From the IMG/VR virus record IMGVR_UViG_3300029448_000019, positions 4,155 to 68,154 of that record: 64,000 nt of DNA; one strand, 5' to 3'. The notes under the pieces are model-generated. The model searched no databases. It was given only the letters and a program-made list of their open reading frames with translations, and had not been told where the DNA came from. Position 1 is the stretch's first letter; the number at the start of each line of letters is the position of its first letter. The translations under genes and the position numbers were made by a program. The stretch comes from a virus. Positions 58,055 to 64,000 of this stretch are shown here, one piece after another.

Positions 58055-60778
58055 ATGGGTCTAAAATTTAAGTCGCCATTAGAGCTTTCCGGTCATCGGG
58101 CAATAGCACATACTGATGCTGCTCAGACTCTTGTAGTTAAAGTTGTAACTAAAACTACTGCACATCCAGAATATGGTAATGGCAGTACTTCAGGTTATAC
58201 TATAGATGGTGTTGAAGGAGCATACTTAGAATTTACACCTGGCAATACATACAAGTTTGATCAAGCAGATAGTTCTAATGCTACTCATCCTCTCAGGTTT
58301 TATGAAGATGCTGCAAAAACAACTGCTTATACAACAGGCGTAACAACAAATGGTACTCCTGGAAGTTCAGGTGCATACACACAAATTATACCTACAACAG
58401 CTACACCCCCTATACTATTTTATCAGTGTAGTGCTCATTCACTTATGGGTAGCTATGTTAAATTTGGTACGGGTACTGTTGGTGATACATATTCTATAGA
58501 TGTTACACAAGATGGCAATAATGTAGATTTAAAATTAGATGCCGCCAACGGTACAGATTCTACAGTACAACTTACTGCAGGCACGAATGTAACACTTACC
58601 AGGAATGATGCACAACAAGTTACTATTGCTGCTTCAGGCGGTGGTATAACAGTACAAGAAGAAGGATCTTCATTATCAACTGCTGCAACAACATTGAATT
58701 TTACAGGTGCGGCTGTTACTGCTTCAGGTTCAGGAGCTACTAAAACAATTGATGTAACAGGTGGTGCTATAACAGTACAAGAAGAAGGCAGTTCACTTTC
58801 TACAGCAGCTACAACTTTAAACTTCACAGGAGACGCTGTTACGGCTTCTGGAAGTGGTGCTGTTAAAACTATTAATGTAACAGGGGGCAGTAGTGGCGGT
58901 ACTGTTACAATTGAAAAAAATGTATATACAGGTGATGGCTCAGATGTTACATTCGATACAACTACAGCTATTGCTAATGAAAACAATGTCCAAGTATATA
59001 TAGACGGTGTTTATCAATCTAAAGATAATTATACAACAAGTGGTAGTACTGTAACAATGTCTACTGCTCCTGGTAATAGTACATCTGTAGAGCTTATACA
59101 CATGGTATCTACATCAGGGGTTATTGCAAGAGATAGTTTTACCGGTAACGGCTCAACTACAGCATATGTACTTACTATGTCAATTAGTAATGAAAATGCT
59201 ACACAAGTATATTTAGATGGCGTATATCAAAGTAAAAGTAATTATTCAACTTCTGGCAGTACATTAACGTTCTCCACCGCTCCACCGAACGGTACTGCTA
59301 TAGAAGTTGTTCATATAAAAGCAGTTAACACTTCATCTTTAAATCAAAATAACTTTACTGGTAATGGCTCTACAACAGCATTTACATTATCACAAACAAT
59401 TGATGATGAGGTTAAAACCTTTGTATTCATACAGGGTGTTTATCAGGAAAAATCAACTTATAGTATATCAGGTACAACACTGACATTTACTACAGCGCCT
59501 CAAAATGGTTATACTATTGAGGTTATGGCCTTTAGTACTATAACAATTGGTAATCAAGGAGTAACTTCTGTTAATGGTTTAACTGGTGCAGTAACATTAG
59601 AAACAGGTACTGACTGGCAATCAACAATACAAACGTCAAATTTTACAGCAGCTGCAGGTAAAGGATATTTTGTTGATACTTCGTCAAATACTGTAACAGT
59701 CAGTTTACCAGCTGGAGGTGTTGGAGATGAAATACATTTTGTAGATTATGCAAGTACGTTTGATACAAATGAAATTATATTTGATGCAAATGGTAGCGAA
59801 AAAATACAAGGAAGAAGCACTAATGCTAAAACTACAATTGAAAATGCTGTTGTAAGATTAATTTATCAAAATGTTACAAAAGGATGGACTGCTGATAATT
59901 TAACTGATGATCCACCTGTAGTAACTACAGATTATTTAGTAGTCGCAGGAGGAGCAACAGGTGGTACTACTGGTGGTAGAGGCGGCGGCGGCGGAGCAGG
60001 AGGTTATAGAACTTCTTATGCTGATGGTTCCGTTGCTGCATTAATTCTTGATCCAGCAACTAATTATGCTGTTACAGTAGGGGCTGGAGGAGCTGCACCT
60101 GGCACTAATCAAATGGGTAATGTAGGATCAACTTCAACATTTGCAACTATTTCTTCATCAGGTGGGGGTCGTGGGTCTGGAAACAATCCAAATAATTACC
60201 AACCAGGAGGTCCTGGTGGATCAGGTGGTGGTGGAAGTTATATTCAATCAAGTGGTGGTGGTGCTGGAAATGCAGGAGGTTATACACCTGTTGAAGGATA
60301 TGCAGGAGGTACTGGTAGTGCTTCTGGATATGGTGCTGGTGCTGGTGGGGGTGCTGGTGCTGTTGGCGGTAATGGAGCTAGCAACGATGGCGGTACCGGT
60401 GGTATTGGCAAATCAAATTTAATATTAAGTACTACAAATGCGGCAACAGCATCAGTAGGACAAGTATCTGGTTCGGATGTGTATTATGCTAGTGGCGGTG
60501 GAGGGGGATATACTAGTAGTGCTGGTGCTAATTCATTAGGAGGTGGTAAAGGTACTGTTGGTACTAATGCTACTGCTAATACTGGAGGTGGTGCTTCCGG
60601 AGGAGGTAATCAAACTTTAGGAGTTGGAGGATCCGGTGTTGTTATAATTAGATACCCATCAAATTACACAGCCACAATTCCAGGAGGATTAACTCAATCA
60701 AGTGGCTCTCCATTTACAGAAGGAAGTTATAAAATATCTGTATTTACAGCAGGAACAGGAAATATACAATTTAACTAA
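58055..60778 (+). CDS. multi-module tail fibre (cupredoxin-like domain, internal repeats, Gly-rich tip)
   Basis: HPLRF...CSAHSLM; 2x 41-aa repeat; 3x TG.GS..GVYQ..TAP repeat; Gly-rich C-terminus. Confidence 0.75.
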   Translation: MGLKFKSPLELSGHRAIAHTDAAQTLVVKVVTKTTAHPEYGNGSTSGYTIDGVEGAYLEFTPGNTYKFDQADSSNATHPLRFYEDAAKTTAYTTGVTTNGTPGSSGAYTQIIPTTATPPILFYQCSAHSLMGSYVKFGTGTVGDTYSIDVTQDGNNVDLKLDAANGTDSTVQLTAGTNVTLTRNDAQQVTIAASGGGITVQEEGSSLSTAATTLNFTGAAVTASGSGATKTIDVTGGAITVQEEGSSLSTAATTLNFTGDAVTASGSGAVKTINVTGGSSGGTVTIEKNVYTGDGSDVTFDTTTAIANENNVQVYIDGVYQSKDNYTTSGSTVTMSTAPGNSTSVELIHMVSTSGVIARDSFTGNGSTTAYVLTMSISNENATQVYLDGVYQSKSNYSTSGSTLTFSTAPPNGTAIEVVHIKAVNTSSLNQNNFTGNGSTTAFTLSQTIDDEVKTFVFIQGVYQEKSTYSISGTTLTFTTAPQNGYTIEVMAFSTITIGNQGVTSVNGLTGAVTLETGTDWQSTIQTSNFTAAAGKGYFVDTSSNTVTVSLPAGGVGDEIHFVDYASTFDTNEIIFDANGSEKIQGRSTNAKTTIENAVVRLIYQNVTKGWTADNLTDDPPVVTTDYLVVAGGATGGTTGGRGGGGGAGGYRTSYADGSVAALILDPATNYAVTVGAGGAAPGTNQMGNVGSTSTFATISSSGGGRGSGNNPNNYQPGGPGGSGGGGSYIQSSGGGAGNAGGYTPVEGYAGGTGSASGYGAGAGGGAGAVGGNGASNDGGTGGIGKSNLILSTTNAATASVGQVSGSDVYYASGGGGGYTSSAGANSLGGGKGTVGTNATANTGGGASGGGNQTLGVGGSGVVIIRYPSNYTATIPGGLTQSSGSPFTEGSYKISVFTAGTGNIQFN
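58646..58890 (+). repeat. intragenic tandem duplication, 123-nt period
   Basis: ATAACAGTACAAGAAGAAGG at 58646 and 58769, encoding ITVQEEGSSLSTAATTLNFTG.AVTASGSGA.KTI.VTGG twice. Confidence 0.85.
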
Positions 60779-60781
60779 AAT

Positions 60782-61150
60782 ATGGCACATTACGCTTTTT
60801 TAAACATGCAAAATATCGTTACTGAAGTAATAGTAGGTAAAGATGAAACAGAAGGCCCTACAAACTGGGAAATACATTATGGCAATATTCGTGAGCAAGT
60901 TTGTAAAAGAACTTCTTATAATACAATAGCAGGTGAACATAAAGATGGTGGTACGCCATTTAGAAAAAATTATGCTAGTATAGGATATACTTATGATTAT
61001 GCAAGAGATGCATTTATAGCACCTAAGCCTTATGCTAGCTGGACATTAGATTCTAATAAATGCGTATGGGAACCACCTGTAGAATATCCCAGTGATGGTA
61101 AAGTATATACATGGAACGAAGGCACAACGTCTTGGGATGAAATAACTTAG
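60782..61150 (+). CDS. fibre-associated protein (partner of Gly-rich adhesins)
   Basis: MAHYA...TSYN...FRKNYA.IGY.YD..RDAFI.P.P..SW motif. Confidence 0.65.
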   Translation: MAHYAFLNMQNIVTEVIVGKDETEGPTNWEIHYGNIREQVCKRTSYNTIAGEHKDGGTPFRKNYASIGYTYDYARDAFIAPKPYASWTLDSNKCVWEPPVEYPSDGKVYTWNEGTTSWDEIT

Positions 61151-61151
61151 T

Positions 61152-62363
61152 ATGGCACAAACTAAAGTAAAATCTGAATTAATAGATGGAGGTTTAGGTA
61201 CTGACTGGCAGTCCACTATACAAACTTCTAATTTTACTGCCGCAGCGGGCAAGGGTTATTTTGTTAATACTACATCAAATGAAATAACAATTAGTTTACC
61301 AGTAGGAGTTGTTGGTAATGAAGTTATTGTTCAAGACTATGCAGGAACATTTGCGACTAATAAAGTTATTTTTTCAGCTAATGGATCAGAAAAAATTCAA
61401 GGTTCTACAGATGATTTTGAAAATAATACTAATAATTCTACTGTAAACTTAGTTTATCAAGATTCTACTAAAGGATGGACTGCTGAAAATGTTAGTGTAG
61501 TGGCTAGTAATATGGTTGCTTCGGGTGGAACAGAAGCGACATCTGGTGGAAAAAAATATCATAAATTTACATCTTCTGGAACATTAAATGTTACTACCGC
61601 GGGTGATTATGAATATTTAATAGTAGCCGCTGGCGGTGGTGCAGGTATTGATGGCGGCGGTGGAGGTGGTGCAGGAGGTTTATTACAATCTTCAGGTACT
61701 GTAACTTCAACCGGTAATTATACTATTACAATTGGTGCAGGCGGTGCGGGCGCAACAGGATATGGGGTAACACCTGGAAATGGCGGTAGCTCTTCTATGA
61801 CTAAGTCTGGATTTACTGCAATAACTGCTACCGGTGGTGGTGGGGGAAGTAAAGTTGATGGTAGTCCAAATTACACTCCATACACGGCTACTTCAGGTGG
61901 CTCTGGTGGTGGTGGAATGTCTGTTAGTTCGTCAGTTCCAACTCCTAGATCGGTTGGAGGGGCAGGAATAGCAGGACAAGGAAATTCAGGGGGTGATGGA
62001 GTAAGTGGAGGAAGCTGGAAGGGAGCAGGTGGTGGTGGCGCTGGCGCTGCAGGTAGTGATAGTACTACTAGCGCAGGTGGTAATGGTGGTGTAGGAAGAC
62101 AATTTACAACTTGGGCAACTGCAACTGGAACTGGAGCTAACAGCGGATATTATGCTGGAGGCGGTGGAGGTGCTGCTGAAAGTAGCTCAACTTACGGACA
62201 AGGTGGAAATGGAGGCGGTGGTCGTGGAGGTTCTACAAACAGTGGACAAGCTGGTGGTAGTCCAGGCACAGCAAATACTGGAGGAGGTGGCGGTGGTGCT
62301 GATAGTGTTACAGGTGGTGGAACTGGTGGTTCAGGAATAGTAATAATAAGATATAATACGTAA
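61152..62363 (+). CDS. glycine-rich adhesin / fibre tip
   Basis: Shares the GTDWQSTIQTSNFTAAAGKGYFV module with 58055; Gly-rich C-terminus. Confidence 0.75.
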   Translation: MAQTKVKSELIDGGLGTDWQSTIQTSNFTAAAGKGYFVNTTSNEITISLPVGVVGNEVIVQDYAGTFATNKVIFSANGSEKIQGSTDDFENNTNNSTVNLVYQDSTKGWTAENVSVVASNMVASGGTEATSGGKKYHKFTSSGTLNVTTAGDYEYLIVAAGGGAGIDGGGGGGAGGLLQSSGTVTSTGNYTITIGAGGAGATGYGVTPGNGGSSSMTKSGFTAITATGGGGGSKVDGSPNYTPYTATSGGSGGGGMSVSSSVPTPRSVGGAGIAGQGNSGGDGVSGGSWKGAGGGGAGAAGSDSTTSAGGNGGVGRQFTTWATATGTGANSGYYAGGGGGAAESSSTYGQGGNGGGGRGGSTNSGQAGGSPGTANTGGGGGGADSVTGGGTGGSGIVIIRYNT

Positions 62364-62364
62364 T

Positions 62365-62712
62365 ATGGCAATAACAAAAGTAACAAGCAGTGTATTATCA
62401 GATGATTCTGTTTCTTATGATAAATTAGGGGTAGAATTTACAGCGTCTTCTGCATTGTCAGGGACAGCAATAGATTGGGATGTAGCACAAGTATTTACAA
62501 AAACACTTAGTGGTGCTACAACATTTACCTATGCAAATGATGAAATAGGTATGGTAAAAGATCTTGTATTAACTGGTGACTACGCAATTACATGGCCTTC
62601 AGGAACTAAAATAATAGCAGGTACATATGACGGTTCTGTTGCAAACTTAATACAAGTTGTCAAAACAGCAGCCGGACAGTATTGGTTGTCAATTTCAAAA
62701 GAAGCAACATAA
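62365..62712 (+). CDS. small fibre module protein
   Basis: MAITKV N-terminus like 61152; IDW...F..TL..ATTFT...ITWP. Confidence 0.6.
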   Translation: MAITKVTSSVLSDDSVSYDKLGVEFTASSALSGTAIDWDVAQVFTKTLSGATTFTYANDEIGMVKDLVLTGDYAITWPSGTKIIAGTYDGSVANLIQVVKTAAGQYWLSISKEAT

Positions 62713-63248
62713 TGATAGCAATAGAAAAATCAGGAACAATACAAACCTTTACTAGACTTCCAAATGAATGGAATGACGATAAAGGGTATCATATAAATTT
62801 TAGGAAAATTACAAATAAAGAAGACTACGGTTTTTATGATGTTGTAACTCCTGAATATGACAAAGTAACACAACAGTTATCTCAAATATTTTGGGATGCT
62901 GATAATAAAGTATTTACATATACAGTAAGTAATATTGATTTTGATGCTACATATACAGTTGAAGTAGAAGACGAAGAAGGCAATAAAACAGAAGAAACTA
63001 AATCTGTATATGATAAAGATAAATTAAAAGCAGATATTATTTCTAGTGTTAAAAGAGATGCTAATAATTTATTGTCTCCAACTGACTGGTACTCAAGCAG
63101 AAAAGCGGAGTTGGGTACAGCTATACCTGATTCTGTATTAGCATCTAGAAAATCTATTAGAGATAAAGTTATTGCTATAGAAGCAGAAGTTGCAGCACTT
63201 ACAACTGTTGAATCAATATTAAAATATACTTATAACTTTAACGATTAA
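62712..63248 (+). CDS. tail fibre assembly chaperone-like protein
   Basis: LLSPTDW...R.......P......R..IR motif. Confidence 0.6.
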   Translation: MIAIEKSGTIQTFTRLPNEWNDDKGYHINFRKITNKEDYGFYDVVTPEYDKVTQQLSQIFWDADNKVFTYTVSNIDFDATYTVEVEDEEGNKTEETKSVYDKDKLKADIISSVKRDANNLLSPTDWYSSRKAELGTAIPDSVLASRKSIRDKVIAIEAEVAALTTVESILKYTYNFND

Positions 63249-64000
63249 TGTTAGGTAAAAAAATTATTAACACCGGTAGCGTAGCTTGTACTACAGATAC
63301 TACACAGATATTAGATGGGGGTACAACGCAATCTACGGCATTATATAGATTTGAAGACAACGCTAATGATACGTCTGACTCTACCGGCAAGTTTGGTAAA
63401 GGTGCTGTATTTAATGGGAGTAATAGCTATATAGATACAGGGCTAAATCAAAATGTAGGTAATAATTTTACTTGGTCGTTATGGTTTAATTCTGACATTA
63501 GTGATTCAAATTATAGATTACTTATAGATAAAACAAATTCTAGTTCTCCTTATCCTGGCGCAGGAATAGCTTTGCAAGGTGGAAATGTTTACGGAATGAT
63601 AAACGGGACAGGGACTAATTTAACTTACACTGGCAATTCGTATAGTATTAACCAATGGTATCACGTAGCTTTAACCTCTAATGGTTCTACTGTAAAATTA
63701 TATTTAAATTCCGTTGAAGTTGGTACAGGCTCGGTTTCAACAACTAATACAAGTCAAAATATTTTAATAGGGGATAGTATTACGTGGACAACAAATTATG
63801 ATGGCTTAATAGACCAAGTGCGAATATTTAATAAAGAAGCAAGTCCTTCAGAAATTACAACTCTTTATAACGAAACTACAACTACAGCTAATACTCTACA
63901 AGTTTTAGGTGACACTAGTTGTCTTGCAGCATATACTTTTGAAGGAAATGCAAATGATTTATCTACAAACTATAATGGAACAGCATCAAATGTAATATAT
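63248..64000 (+). CDS. LamG/concanavalin-like tail fibre (3' truncated)
   Basis: ALYRFEDNAND, GKFGKGAVFNG, WYHVALT, IDQVRIFN; frame runs off the end of the window. Confidence 0.75.
   Translation, partial: MLGKKIINTGSVACTTDTTQILDGGTTQSTALYRFEDNANDTSDSTGKFGKGAVFNGSNSYIDTGLNQNVGNNFTWSLWFNSDISDSNYRLLIDKTNSSSPYPGAGIALQGGNVYGMINGTGTNLTYTGNSYSINQWYHVALTSNGSTVKLYLNSVEVGTGSVSTTNTSQNILIGDSITWTTNYDGLIDQVRIFNKEASPSEITTLYNETTTTANTLQVLGDTSCLAAYTFEGNANDLSTNYNGTASNVIY

Noticed and set aside
54032-62363. GGT/GGA-rich tracts as DNA repeats or DGR variable regions
   Set aside because: They are explained by polyglycine coding. There is no reverse transcriptase or adenine-specific TR/VR pair, and the duplicated modules differ mainly at third codon positions.
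1-64000. Stop-codon reassignment as in some crAss-like phages; tRNA genes; integrase; introns/inteins
   Set aside because: Long genes are intact in the standard code and tightly packed. No tRNA cloverleaf, recombinase or intervening sequence was recognised by eye, but a tRNA scan was not run.

Overview
AT-rich, tightly packed stretch that looks like most of a circularly permuted genome of a tailed (podovirus-type) phage. The host is most likely marine Bacteroidota/Flavobacteriia, inferred from A-rich start contexts without Shine-Dalgarno, flavobacterial-type RNR, and a crAss/phi38:1-like virion gene order. The + strand arm (46.1-64 kb, apparently continuing into 1-28.2 kb) carries small basic proteins, GroEL/GroES, a large modular tail-fibre locus, lysis genes, a tandem GroES-like protein, terminase, portal, scaffold, major capsid, tail rings/nozzle and three ejection proteins (the largest 2214 aa). 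The - strand arm (45.6-28.2 kb) carries small early genes, a DnaA-domain-IV protein, a sigma70-family factor, ERF/exonuclease/SSB, primase-helicase, ThyA, MazG-type enzymes, a resolvase and NrdAB, with no recognisable DNA polymerase. The main candidate for a new system combines two observations. First, six copies of an exactly spaced non-host promoter (AAGTACGTYAC-N15-GTGATARTATA) drive the early arm, including the phage sigma gene. Second, a sigma70 region-2/region-3-like segment is embedded, next to an HExxH metallopeptidase domain, in the giant ejection protein. Together these suggest a virion-delivered sigma factor. Other notable points are blue-copper-type sites on two virion proteins, an apparently split nozzle gene, two different co-chaperonins and a protamine-like gene cluster. 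All assignments come from motif recognition by eye; no database searches were run.
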